A stretch of DNA of 59,194 nt from Patescibacteria group bacterium (GTDB lineage Bacteria > Patescibacteriota > WWE3 > UBA101185 > 2-01-FULL-41-18), in NCBI GenBank assembly GCA_038064575.1, contig JBBTST010000011.1, forward strand, positions 1 to 59,194, in the 5' to 3' direction. The notes below the pieces were generated by a model, which saw nothing but the letters and a program-made list of their open reading frames with translations, had not been told where the DNA came from and did not search any database. Shown one piece after another: positions 1 through 8,715 of the stretch. Positions within the stretch are counted from its first letter, which is position 1. Every line of letters starts with the position of its first letter. The position numbers were made by a program, and so were the translations under genes.

Positions 1-24
1 CAGAAGAAATTATGTTAAAAGAGG

Positions 25-312
25 TTGGGTGGGGAAATTCGTATTGAATTCAGCGCTTTAGGGCTCGCAATTGCGATCGTGGTTTTCCTTGGCCTGCACA
101 TCGCCATTCCGGCGATCATCGCAGGTCAAACACCGGCCGGGCTGGCCGTATCGTTTTTTGTCTGGGTCATTGAGGGCTTGCTTGTTGTTGCCCTCTCCAT
201 GGCCCAGGACCTCCCCCCAAGCAGCCGGTTTAAAATTGGCCTAGGGGGAATTGCTTCCATTCCACTGCTTATCAGCATTAAGGCAGTGGAATTTCTCTCG
301 GGCAATAAGTAA
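25..312 (+). CDS. Hypothetical small integral membrane protein (GC-rich ORF, TTG start)
   Basis: 95-aa ORF with about three hydrophobic helices. Its GC is far above the rest of the window. It is followed by a strong hairpin terminator. The start is uncertain because a stop lies at 16-18 in the same frame. Confidence 0.35.
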   Translation: MGGEIRIEFSALGLAIAIVVFLGLHIAIPAIIAGQTPAGLAVSFFVWVIEGLLVVALSMAQDLPPSSRFKIGLGGIASIPLLISIKAVEFLSGNK

Positions 313-332
313 CTTGTAGCCCGGGAGATCCC

Positions 333-368
333 AAAAGCCTCATAGATCAAAAATCTGTGAGGCTTTTT
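333..368. terminator. Bidirectional rho-independent terminator between convergent genes
   Basis: Perfect 10-bp stem AAAAGCCTCA (333-342) / TGAGGCTTTT (358-367), flanked by an A-run and a T-run. It sits between the 3' ends of ORF 25-312 (+) and RNase J (-). Confidence 0.6.
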
Positions 369-398
369 CATTTATTTAATGTTTAAAGGATAGGATTA

Positions 399-2162
399 CT
401 AAATCTCAACAACACTTACTAGCACTAAAGGTTCCCTACCTGTTTTCTTGTACAAAAACTTAGACAAAGCTTTTTCTATGCTTCCTTTTATCAAGCCCTT
501 ATTCTTCCACTCATTTTTATTCTCATTAAATATACGCTCTATCACTTCAAATGAATCGCGCAATAACTCTTTTGACTCTTTAACATATACAAAACCCCGG
601 GTAACAATATCAACTTTTCCAAGCTGCCCGTTTTGAGAAACCGGAACTACAACAACTACAATCCCATCCTGAGAAAGAGCGTTTCTGTCTTGGATCACCT
701 TTTCCCCTACATCCCCCACAATTCTTCCATCCACAAACACATTTGAAACCGCAACTTTTTCCCCACGCGTAGCAGTCCCATTCCTAAGAATTAACACATC
801 TCCTTCAAGACACTCAAACACGCAACCAGGCACTGCCCCCATTTCATACAGCATATTTGCATAAGCTCGCATGTGCTTGACCGTTCCGCCAATTGGCATA
901 AAGTATTTTGCTCTGGACAGAGCTGCCACAAGTCTTTGATCTCCTCTCAAGCCGTGTCCTGAAACGTGCAAGTTTTCCTGGATCTCAGAATAGATAACTA
1001 TTGCATTCTTAAGAGTGAGTCTGTCAATTAAGGCATCCACATCCTCACGCACGCCCGGAGGATTTGGATCAGCTGAAAAAATCACGTATGCTCCTTCTTC
1101 TAAAATAAGACTTTCATGCTCGCCTCTTGAAATTCTTGAAATTGCAGACTCGGATTGACCATAGGCTCCGGCAATAATGTAGAGTATTTCTCCCTGAGGA
1201 AATTTCATAGCTTTATCTTTTTCAATAAACAGTGAGGGATCGGATTTCAAATAGCCAAGTTTTTGCGCTACGTCCACAGTCTGCTCAATTGACCTGCCTG
1301 CAAGAACTATCCTTCTTCCATGTTTTTTAGCGCTATCAATTGCCTGAGCCATTCGTGAAACATTTGAAGAGATTGTGGTTACAAAAACCTGCTTACCTTT
1401 GGCTTTCTCCAACAATTCATCAAAAGTTGATTCAATTGACTTTTCACTTCTTGCATAGCCTTCTGTTGTTGCTCCAAGACAGTCTGATAGCAAAAGTGTT
1501 GTGCCCTCATCTCCTACAAGACGGGTCATTTTGGCAACGTCAAAAGGCTTATCCAAAACAGGCGTCCAGTCAAATTTAAAGTCTGCGCAGTGTAAAATCT
1601 TTCCGTGCGGGGTTTTTATGGAAATACCACATGCGTCCGGAACCGAGTGATTTACTCTAAAATAATCTACCCTAAAAGGTCCTATCTCAACTCCTTCCCC
1701 TTCAGGATCCATAAGCTTAAGACTTACATTATTCAAGGCATTTACCTCTCTTAGCTTAACTTCAATCAGCCCTTTGACAAGTCTTGTTGAATATATTGGA
1801 ACAGCCAAGTCTCTAATTAAAAAGGGGATTGCACCAATATGATCATCATGACCATGTGTTATAAAAACAGCTTTGAGTTTGTTTTTTCTTTCTAAAATAT
1901 AGGAAATATCTGGAAGAACAACGTCAACCCCTAGCATTTCCGAATCAGGAAAGCCAAAGCCGCAATCTACAACAATCATAAAGTCACCGCATTCGTAGAC
2001 CGTCATGTTTTTAGTAACGGCTGTTGTTCCACCCAGAGAAATAATCCTAAGCTCAGGATATAAGTTAGGTGTTGTATCGGTTTGAGGATGAGAAGGCAGC
2101 GCAGCATCTTGAGTTTGAGGATTTACTACATCATCACTTTTGTTTTGAAACTTAAATTTCAT
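399..2162 (-). CDS. rnj: Ribonuclease J (metallo-beta-lactamase/beta-CASP RNase)
   Basis: 587 aa with the HxHxDH motif in 'FITHGHDDHIGAIPFL' and beta-CASP-like architecture. Length is typical of RNase J, with a short Q/P/T-rich N-terminal extension. Confidence 0.9.
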   Translation of the reverse strand: MKFKFQNKSDDVVNPQTQDAALPSHPQTDTTPNLYPELRIISLGGTTAVTKNMTVYECGDFMIVVDCGFGFPDSEMLGVDVVLPDISYILERKNKLKAVFITHGHDDHIGAIPFLIRDLAVPIYSTRLVKGLIEVKLREVNALNNVSLKLMDPEGEGVEIGPFRVDYFRVNHSVPDACGISIKTPHGKILHCADFKFDWTPVLDKPFDVAKMTRLVGDEGTTLLLSDCLGATTEGYARSEKSIESTFDELLEKAKGKQVFVTTISSNVSRMAQAIDSAKKHGRRIVLAGRSIEQTVDVAQKLGYLKSDPSLFIEKDKAMKFPQGEILYIIAGAYGQSESAISRISRGEHESLILEEGAYVIFSADPNPPGVREDVDALIDRLTLKNAIVIYSEIQENLHVSGHGLRGDQRLVAALSRAKYFMPIGGTVKHMRAYANMLYEMGAVPGCVFECLEGDVLILRNGTATRGEKVAVSNVFVDGRIVGDVGEKVIQDRNALSQDGIVVVVVPVSQNGQLGKVDIVTRGFVYVKESKELLRDSFEVIERIFNENKNEWKNKGLIKGSIEKALSKFLYKKTGREPLVLVSVVEI

Positions 2163-2171
2163 AGTTGAATT

Positions 2172-2786
2172 CTATAGGAGAGTCATCTGCCTGTCATCTT
2201 TTTTGACAACCCCCGAATCCTTTAGTTCTATAGGGGAAGAAAGCAATGTTTTTATTTTCCTAAATTCGCTTCTTAAGACCTGATCAACAGCAGGATTTCT
2301 AAGAGCAGCAGCAGGGTGATATAAAGGATAAACAATAAAATTCCCAATTTTTTTTGGGACGCCGTGATCTCTTGAAATTTTTCCTTCTTTATCAAAAAAT
2401 TCCAACGCAAACTTTCCAAGAGTGACAATTATCTTAGGATTAATGGCTTTGAGTTGAGCCTCCAAATAAGGACTGCATGCTCTTACTTCATCAGCCATGG
2501 GACTTCTATTTTCAGGTGGTCTGTGCTTGATAATATTGCCAATCCAAACCGACTCTCTCTTAAGGCCTATGCCTCTTAACATGTCATCAAGTAATTTTCC
2601 AGCTCTACCCACAAAAGGTCTGCCCTGCTCGTCTTCATTTGCGCCGGGGGCTTCTCCAATGAATACAACTTTTGAATTGATGTCTCCTTCCCCGGGAACT
2701 GCATTTTTTGCTCCCTTGCAAAGTCTGCATTTTTTGCAGGTTTTAACGGCTTTTTCAATTTGAGAAAGAACCTCAAGTTTGTTCAT
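2172..2786 (-). CDS. Uracil-DNA glycosylase, family 4 (Fe-S type)
   Basis: N-terminal 'CKKCRLC' cysteines, the 'GEAPGANEDEQGRPFVGRAG' active-site motif and a C-terminal 'HPAA' motif. Confidence 0.85.
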   Translation of the reverse strand: MNKLEVLSQIEKAVKTCKKCRLCKGAKNAVPGEGDINSKVVFIGEAPGANEDEQGRPFVGRAGKLLDDMLRGIGLKRESVWIGNIIKHRPPENRSPMADEVRACSPYLEAQLKAINPKIIVTLGKFALEFFDKEGKISRDHGVPKKIGNFIVYPLYHPAAALRNPAVDQVLRSEFRKIKTLLSSPIELKDSGVVKKDDRQMTLL

Positions 2787-2906
2787 AAGATTTATAATGC
2801 AAAGACTCTACCATACCTTAAATTATTTAAACACTGTTTTGACCTTTTACAGTTTTTCAAAAAGTTACTATGATGAAGAAAATTCAAAGAAAAGGAGAAA
2901 TTTGAC

Positions 2907-3161
2907 ATGGGAACGGAAATAGACCCTAAGCTGATCCTCTTGGGGATTTGGCTTTTGTATTGCGTGGTTGTGTGGGTCGTTATTGGCTATATGCTACTTG
3001 GCTTGGGTAAATTCCCGGCATACGCATATGGACACAGCTCAAACGGCCCCGACTGGTTCTTTGTCAGTCTGTTCTGGCTGTTTTCACCTGTAGTTGTCAT
3101 CCTTGCTATATTCGGATTTCTCACCTTGGTTGATGACGCACAGGGAACCCAATCGGAGTAA
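2907..3161 (+). CDS. Small two-helix membrane protein, hypothetical
   Basis: 84-aa ORF with AAAGGAG 9 nt upstream of the ATG and two hydrophobic helices. GC is elevated. It shares a C-terminal helix motif with the next ORF. Confidence 0.5.
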   Translation: MGTEIDPKLILLGIWLLYCVVVWVVIGYMLLGLGKFPAYAYGHSSNGPDWFFVSLFWLFSPVVVILAIFGFLTLVDDAQGTQSE

Positions 3162-3176
3162 GGAGGCCTCCAAAAG

Positions 3177-3422
3177 ATGAACATTTTTTGGGCGTTTTTA
3201 TGTGCGTCCTACATCTTTACTGGCTACCACGCCGTTAGAGCTTTGCGGGAAGAGCACAAAACAATAGCTGAACTTGCCTTAGAGGGGCACAAAATTCACT
3301 TTCCATTATGGGGAGATTATGTGATTTGGATTGTTGCGTGGGTTATCTCTCCCATAACGGCAATTGTTATTTTGCTGATGTTACTCAGAAAAGAAGATTC
3401 CCTAGACGAGTTTCTAAAATGA
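3177..3422 (+). CDS. Small two-helix membrane protein, hypothetical (possible paralog of 2907-3161)
   Basis: 81-aa ORF with AAGGAGG upstream. The motif 'GDYVIWIVAWVISPITAIVIL' parallels 'GPDWFFVSLFWLFSPVVVILAI' in the preceding ORF. Confidence 0.5.
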   Translation: MNIFWAFLCASYIFTGYHAVRALREEHKTIAELALEGHKIHFPLWGDYVIWIVAWVISPITAIVILLMLLRKEDSLDEFLK

Positions 3423-3432
3423 ACTCTCAAGA

Positions 3433-3463
3433 GTAAGCCGTTTGAGTCTTTTAAACGGCTTAC
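3433..3463 (+). terminator. Hairpin terminator after the small-membrane-protein pair
   Basis: Perfect 11-bp stem GTAAGCCGTTT (3433-3443) / AAACGGCTTAC (3453-3463), 11 nt after the stop codon. The downstream T-tract is weak. Confidence 0.5.
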
Positions 3464-3505
3464 AAAGTCTTTACATTAAAAAAACAAAAAAGGTATCATT
3501 CCTTG

Positions 3506-4579
3506 ATGAACCCAATCAAAATTCTTGGCTCAGGTCCTTCCGCATTGTCTGCTGCTATAAATTTGGCAAAAGAAAAATTTGAAGTTCATGTGTATGAACA
3601 ACATGAGGAAATAGGTAAAAGGTTTCATGGGGACATTCAGGGACTTGAAAACTGGTCAAGAAGGGAAGATGTACTTGATACACTCGCAAAAATGAACATT
3701 AGTATAAATTTTGATTGTCAGCCATCATCAAAAATAATCGTTTCTAACGGGTCAAATACAAAAGAAGACATAACATTTAAAAGACCTATATATTACTTAG
3801 TTAAAAGAGGCTCGGTTGATGGTAGCTTTGATCAGGGGCTGAAAGATCAAGCTTCAAGTCTTGGGGTTAATATTCATTTTAATTCAACAATACCCAAAGA
3901 AGAGGCGGATATAATTGCCACCGGGCCAATTTCCCAAGAGCTTTTTGCTGCTGATGAGGGACTTATTTTTAAAACAGATATGGAAGACATGGTTGTGGCA
4001 ATAATCAATGACAAAGCTGCTCCTAAGGGTTATGCCTACCTAATAGTCACAAAAGGGTATGGTTGCCTTTGTACTTGCATATTTGAAGATTTTCCACATC
4101 TAAAAGATTATTTGGAAAGGGCAAAAGAGATGTTTGCTAAAATTGTAGATTTAAGAATTATTGAAAAGATAAGAGATGTAGGAGGGGTAGGATGTTTTTC
4201 CACTAAAAATATTTTCAAAGAAGGAAAAGCTCTGTTTGTGGGAGAAGCCTCAGGTCTTCAGGATATGCTCTGGGGATTTGGTATAAGAAACGCCCTAACT
4301 TCAGGGTTTTTGGCCGCAAGAAGCATTATTGAAAAGAGCGATTATGAAAAAGAAGCAAAAAGCTTTTTTATACCAAGATTAAGGGCAAGTCTTGTAAATA
4401 GATTCCTATACGAACTTTTTGCAATTGGTAACTACGCTCCTCTTATCAACAAATTCAAAAACGAACAGAATTTATTTGGTTGGATGGAATCCTTACATAA
4501 CTTCAATAAGATTCAGAAGGTTATCTACCCATTGGCCCTGGTCTATATGAGAAAGAGATACCCAAAACTTAGAATCTAA
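3506..4579 (+). CDS. FAD-dependent oxidoreductase, geranylgeranyl-reductase-like family
   Basis: N-terminal dinucleotide fold 'ILGSGPSALSAAINLAKEKFEVHVYEQ' followed by 'EEIGKRFHGDIQGL'. The C-terminal part carries 'FVGEASGLQDMLWGFGIRNALTSGFLAA', resembling the GDAAG...G.GI..A..SG motif of GGR-type flavoproteins. The ATG at 3506 is preferred over the TTG at 3503. Confidence 0.6.
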   Translation: MNPIKILGSGPSALSAAINLAKEKFEVHVYEQHEEIGKRFHGDIQGLENWSRREDVLDTLAKMNISINFDCQPSSKIIVSNGSNTKEDITFKRPIYYLVKRGSVDGSFDQGLKDQASSLGVNIHFNSTIPKEEADIIATGPISQELFAADEGLIFKTDMEDMVVAIINDKAAPKGYAYLIVTKGYGCLCTCIFEDFPHLKDYLERAKEMFAKIVDLRIIEKIRDVGGVGCFSTKNIFKEGKALFVGEASGLQDMLWGFGIRNALTSGFLAARSIIEKSDYEKEAKSFFIPRLRASLVNRFLYELFAIGNYAPLINKFKNEQNLFGWMESLHNFNKIQKVIYPLALVYMRKRYPKLRI

Positions 4580-4765
4580 CTAAATCTAGTGCTTTGACAA
4601 ACATAATTTACCACTGGTCAAGCGATTCACTTAAAGACCTAATGAATAAAAAATTATCAAGATTAACGGTTGAAGAAATTATAGACCTAGGCTTTAACTA
4701 CAACTTTAAAATAGCCATAAAAACAGCTCTTTTTTAACAAGACTCTTCATCAAAGGCGCCAAAAC

Positions 4766-5446
4766 TTACTGAACGCGCCTTAAAATTGCCATGGGAGTCT
4801 GCTCATCTCTCTGTCCAAACGGGTTATCTCTAAAAGCTTTTAGAATCAGATTCCTATCTACATTTTTTGAAACACCTTCCAATCTTTGTCCAAGGTCATT
4901 TGCATCTATAATTGCAGCACCAACCCCAAGAATTTTTCTCAGTTCTTCAGCAACCTGATCAGGCTTTTTAGGCCCAAGTTTGGCAGACATGTTCCCGGGG
5001 GGCAAGGTATAATCGCACGGCCCATCAATTGCATTGAGTCCATTTCCTGCAACTTTATAAAAAACTCCTTTCAGACCAAACGGCTTTGTAACAGCTGAAG
5101 TCAAGCAGGCTAGTAATATTCTCACAAGCCCTGCTTCCTTTAAAGCAAGCTCCATAGTATAAGGGCTTCTTAAACCTATTCCTCCAGGATTTTTTGTTAC
5201 AAATTTGTAAAGAGACCTGGCCCAGAAAGTAGGCTTAATGTCTGCAATCAAAAAACTTCTCCCCTGAGTTATGGCAACAACTCGTTCAGAAATTACAAAA
5301 ATATCTCCCAACTTAATTAGTCCATCAGTGTAATTTTTTGCAATTTCAATTATGTCCTCTTTAGCAGAAATAAGGTGGGTTTTTATCAACAATCTATCAT
5401 AAACTACACCTTCAACTTTAATTGGTTTATTTAAGGGCTCAATCAT
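4766..5446 (-). CDS. F420-0:gamma-glutamyl ligase (CofE)-like domain protein
   Basis: 226 aa with overall resemblance to the CofE-like fold family. It lies 12 nt downstream of asnB on the same strand. The family call is from memory only. Confidence 0.45.
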   Translation of the reverse strand: MIEPLNKPIKVEGVVYDRLLIKTHLISAKEDIIEIAKNYTDGLIKLGDIFVISERVVAITQGRSFLIADIKPTFWARSLYKFVTKNPGGIGLRSPYTMELALKEAGLVRILLACLTSAVTKPFGLKGVFYKVAGNGLNAIDGPCDYTLPPGNMSAKLGPKKPDQVAEELRKILGVGAAIIDANDLGQRLEGVSKNVDRNLILKAFRDNPFGQRDEQTPMAILRRVQ

Positions 5447-5458
5447 AATAAAAACTCA

Positions 5459-7294
5459 TTAACTAGAGGCTTTTTTGTCTACAAAAACCCTTAGCCATAT
5501 CTCAACATTTATAAATCGCCAGATTACCATACTCTCTTCATGTTTTCCTTCATAAAAACCATCAACAAAAGTTTTTACATTGGTGTAGTTAAAATAGGGG
5601 CGGCTCTTAAAGGTCTCAGAGTCAATAATTTCATAAACTTTCTCCTTTTGGCTTTTAAACCAAGCAATCTCAGGCGTAGTAAAACCAACCTTCCATTTTC
5701 TCTCAGCTATATTTTTAGGAAGTAAATCTTTAAGAGCTTGTCTTAGAACATACTTTCCGCAACCGTGTCTGATAATTAAGTCGTTTGGTAGGGAGAATAT
5801 AAAGTTAATAAGGTCAATGTCTAAAAACGGGACTCTGCCTTCTATTGAAAACGCCATTGAATTTTTGTCTTCATATCTTAAAAGTGCCGGTACGCTGTCT
5901 AAAAATAAATCATCATGAAATCTTTTTTTAAGATCTTTTTTCTCAACCCTAACTACTTCTCCCAAATACTTGTGCGCAAATTCCTTATTAATTAAATCTT
6001 TTTCTTTCAAAGATCCGCTGAAGTTAAACTTTAACTTATCAAGAACAAGACTTCTGATTTGGGGCAGGCTTCCTATAAACTCTTTTAAAAAAAGTCCTAT
6101 CTTCAATTGGCTAAGTAGCTGCCTTAAATAAACCACGAGATAAGGATTATAACCAGCTAATACCTCATCAGCACCCTGCCCATCAAGTAGAACTTTGATT
6201 TTTTTACTTGCCTGCCTCATTACGCACCACTGAGAGTAAGGGCCACTTGATATTGTGGGCTCTTCCTGAGCATAAACAAAGTTCCTAAGCTCCTCAAACA
6301 AATCTTTACTGTTTGGGTAGACAAAATTTTTTTCAGTCTTGGTTTTTTCTAAAATCTCATTAATATAGTTTTGCTCATCATTTATTTCTTTTGGGAAAAC
6401 AGCTGAAAAAGTTTTTTGTTTATCCCCAATTTGGGAATCTTCCAAATTGGTTTTTAGTAACTCATCATTTATTACACAAACTATTGAAGATGAATCAAGT
6501 CCGCCTGAAAGACAAGATCCAACAGGGACTTCTGACATCAATCTGTCCTTTACACTTTTTATAAAAAGCTCTCTGAATTTTTGAAGATTCTCCTTTTCAG
6601 AAGCATGGTTGGTTTCTCTTTTTTGATACAAGTTCTCTGTATTGAAGTATCTATTTACTCTAATAGTATCTTCTGAGAACAGTGCGTACTCACCAGGTAG
6701 CAATTTATTTACCCCCTCAAAAAAAGTTTCATTCAGATCATCATGCTTTCTATGCTTTAAAAACCTGAAAACCATTCGGTTGTTTGGCAATGCTCTGAAT
6801 GAGGAGGCTTTCAAAAAAGCTTTTATTTCAGAAGAAAAGAGGTAACCTTCAGTAACCTTGCAGTAATAAAAAGGTTTGATGCCAAACTGGTCCCGAGCTG
6901 CAAAAACTTCATTTTTAGACACATCATAAATTGCAAAAGCAAACATACCATTAAACTTTTCAACACAAGATACGCCCCACTGCTCATAGGCATGTAAAAC
7001 CATTTCTGTATCTGAATGCGATTTAAAGTTGTGCCTCAGGCTTTTTAAGGTTTCCGAAAGTGCCAAGTAATTATATATTTCCCCGTTATAAACTATCCAT
7101 TTAGTAGCGTCTTCATTTGAGATGGGCATACCGCCCCCTGCAACATCAATGATGGCAAGCCTTCTACTACCTAGCCCCCCTTTACTTCCAATGAAAAAAC
7201 CCTCGCCATCCGGCCCTCTATGACCAATGGAATCTGCCATGCCTTTGAGAAGTTTTTCATCCGTAAAACCATACATACCCACAATTCCACACAT
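5459..7294 (-). CDS. asnB: Asparagine synthase (glutamine-hydrolysing), AsnB family
   Basis: 'MCGIVG' Ntn-amidotransferase N-terminus and the 'SGGLDSS' PP-loop. The track ORF extends to 7375, but the catalytic Cys must be residue 2, so the start is placed at the ATG at 7294. Confidence 0.85.
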   Translation of the reverse strand: MCGIVGMYGFTDEKLLKGMADSIGHRGPDGEGFFIGSKGGLGSRRLAIIDVAGGGMPISNEDATKWIVYNGEIYNYLALSETLKSLRHNFKSHSDTEMVLHAYEQWGVSCVEKFNGMFAFAIYDVSKNEVFAARDQFGIKPFYYCKVTEGYLFSSEIKAFLKASSFRALPNNRMVFRFLKHRKHDDLNETFFEGVNKLLPGEYALFSEDTIRVNRYFNTENLYQKRETNHASEKENLQKFRELFIKSVKDRLMSEVPVGSCLSGGLDSSSIVCVINDELLKTNLEDSQIGDKQKTFSAVFPKEINDEQNYINEILEKTKTEKNFVYPNSKDLFEELRNFVYAQEEPTISSGPYSQWCVMRQASKKIKVLLDGQGADEVLAGYNPYLVVYLRQLLSQLKIGLFLKEFIGSLPQIRSLVLDKLKFNFSGSLKEKDLINKEFAHKYLGEVVRVEKKDLKKRFHDDLFLDSVPALLRYEDKNSMAFSIEGRVPFLDIDLINFIFSLPNDLIIRHGCGKYVLRQALKDLLPKNIAERKWKVGFTTPEIAWFKSQKEKVYEIIDSETFKSRPYFNYTNVKTFVDGFYEGKHEESMVIWRFINVEIWLRVFVDKKASS

Positions 7295-7337
7295 AGTAAA
7301 AGCAGTATAACAGAAGCTTTTTAAAATCTGATAGAAT

Positions 7338-7640
7338 GTGAAGGTGAGCGCCAAAACAATAATACTGGCAAGCACTATAATTTTCTCTATGGCATGGACT
7401 ATAATGGCCTCTAGTGTGCTTTTGCCAAAAATGCCCTCTAATGGTTATTTTTGCCAAGACTCCAAATATGGCATAGAAGACTGCAGACCCTTTAGCTATG
7501 TAAACATTAAAGACTTGGTTTTGCTAACAAACCTAATAATAGGTACCATTTCACTTCATTCAATAATTGGTTCGGCAATAGGATTTCTGGGTGGTTTGAT
7601 AGTTTACTTAATTAGAGGCAGGGTTCTCAGAAAACTCTAA
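7338..7640 (+). CDS. Hypothetical small protein with a C-terminal transmembrane helix
   Basis: 100-aa ORF (GTG start; alternative ATG at 7389) filling the otherwise empty 350-nt gap. The C-terminal helix 'IIGSAIGFLGGLIVYLI' looks genuine. Confidence 0.3.
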   Translation: MKVSAKTIILASTIIFSMAWTIMASSVLLPKMPSNGYFCQDSKYGIEDCRPFSYVNIKDLVLLTNLIIGTISLHSIIGSAIGFLGGLIVYLIRGRVLRKL

Positions 7641-7646
7641 ATATAA

Positions 7647-8714
7647 TTATAAGTTTCCTTTTGGCAGATAATCTTTCAAATTTTCCTCAGTGATGGTTAC
7701 AGACTTGTGCTTCCCTTCCACTATTTCCTTGGCAACCTTCCTTGTCATATTTTCAAGAGTTCTATTTAAGCTTCTGATACCGGAATCAAAACCTAAAGGC
7801 CTTATAATGGACTGCCATAAATTAGGATCAATAATAAGCTCATCCTTATGTAATCCTGAATTCTCAACAACTTTAGGCAGAAGGTACTCTTTTGCTATAA
7901 CCTCCTTTTCATAATCAGTATAGGAGGGCATTTTTATAACTTCCATCCTATCAAGAAGCGCTGCCGTAAGAGTGCCCAAACCGTTTGCCGTGCAAATAAA
8001 TAAAACCCCTGACAAATCAACAGGATAATCAACATAGTGATCCCTAAACGAGCTGTTTTGATTGGGGTCCAGAATTTCAAGAAGAGTTGCCATGATATCC
8101 ATTCTCACTCCCGTGTCACCGCTGGCTTTTTCAATTTCGTCAAGTAGAATCAAGGGATTCATAACCTGAGACTTAACCAGAGCTTTAACAATTTGTCCTG
8201 GCTCTGCTTCAGGAAAGGCCTTACTTCTACCCCTAAGCTCAAGGACAGAACCAATACCACCCATAGATATTCTGATAAACTTTCTCCCAAGGGCTTCCGC
8301 CAATGAAATTGCAAAAGTAGTTTTTCCAATACCCTGAAGCCCCACAAAAAGGAGAATCGGAGCCCTGGATATATTCCCTTTCTCATCTCTAGTTCTTAGA
8401 ATTACTGTAGAAAGATATTGAAGAATTCTTTCCTTCACATCTTCAAGCCCATAGTGATGATCATCCAAAAGTTTTTTTGTAAGCGGGAGATTTAGATTAT
8501 CAACAGTTCTTTTCCCCCAAGGAATAGTAGTTATAAGATCAATATATCTGGCCATTGTGTCATAAGCTTCAGTATAACCACCAATCTTTGCCATACGATT
8601 GAGCCTATCAAGCATCCCTTCAATTTTATTTGTAAGCTCTCCAGGCATGGCCGGTGTGCTTTTCACCCTTTCAGACAGATCTTTAAGTTCTTTAAATATA
8701 AATTCTTCAGCCAT
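7647..8714 (-). CDS. Lon-type AAA+ ATPase module without a protease domain
   Basis: Walker A 'GLQGIGKTT', Walker B 'LILLDEIEK', and Lon-like 'HYGLEDVKERILQYL' and 'ELRGRSK...EPGQIVKAL'. The protein ends where the Lon S16 protease domain would begin. Confidence 0.7.
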   Translation of the reverse strand: MAEEFIFKELKDLSERVKSTPAMPGELTNKIEGMLDRLNRMAKIGGYTEAYDTMARYIDLITTIPWGKRTVDNLNLPLTKKLLDDHHYGLEDVKERILQYLSTVILRTRDEKGNISRAPILLFVGLQGIGKTTFAISLAEALGRKFIRISMGGIGSVLELRGRSKAFPEAEPGQIVKALVKSQVMNPLILLDEIEKASGDTGVRMDIMATLLEILDPNQNSSFRDHYVDYPVDLSGVLFICTANGLGTLTAALLDRMEVIKMPSYTDYEKEVIAKEYLLPKVVENSGLHKDELIIDPNLWQSIIRPLGFDSGIRSLNRTLENMTRKVAKEIVEGKHKSVTITEENLKDYLPKGNL

Positions 8715-8715
8715 A

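Noticed and set aside
126-371. 81-aa minus-strand ORF overlapping ORF 25-312 and the terminator hairpin
   Set aside because: It is antisense to the hydrophobic plus-strand ORF in a GC-rich stretch, where spurious ORFs are common. It also runs through the terminator stem and has no motif.
448-636. Short antisense ORFs inside large conserved genes. Examples are 448-636, 1340-1579, 2497-2763, 8159-8386, 10386-10891, 13527-13928, 26940-27530, 27653-29487, 31011-31298, 48220-49031 and 52443-52873.
   Set aside because: Each lies entirely within, and opposite or out of frame to, a gene with unambiguous conserved motifs (RNase J, UDG, Lon-like ATPase, PNPase, IF-2, DnaJ, DnaK, ABC exporter, GAPDH, helicase). 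Their translations are low-complexity and typical of shadow ORFs.
4642-4737. 31-aa ORF (MNKKLSRLTVEEIIDLGFNYNFKIAIKTALF) in the 186-nt convergent spacer
   Set aside because: It has no SD and no motif, and it is too short to evaluate. It could be a gene remnant, but I cannot support it.
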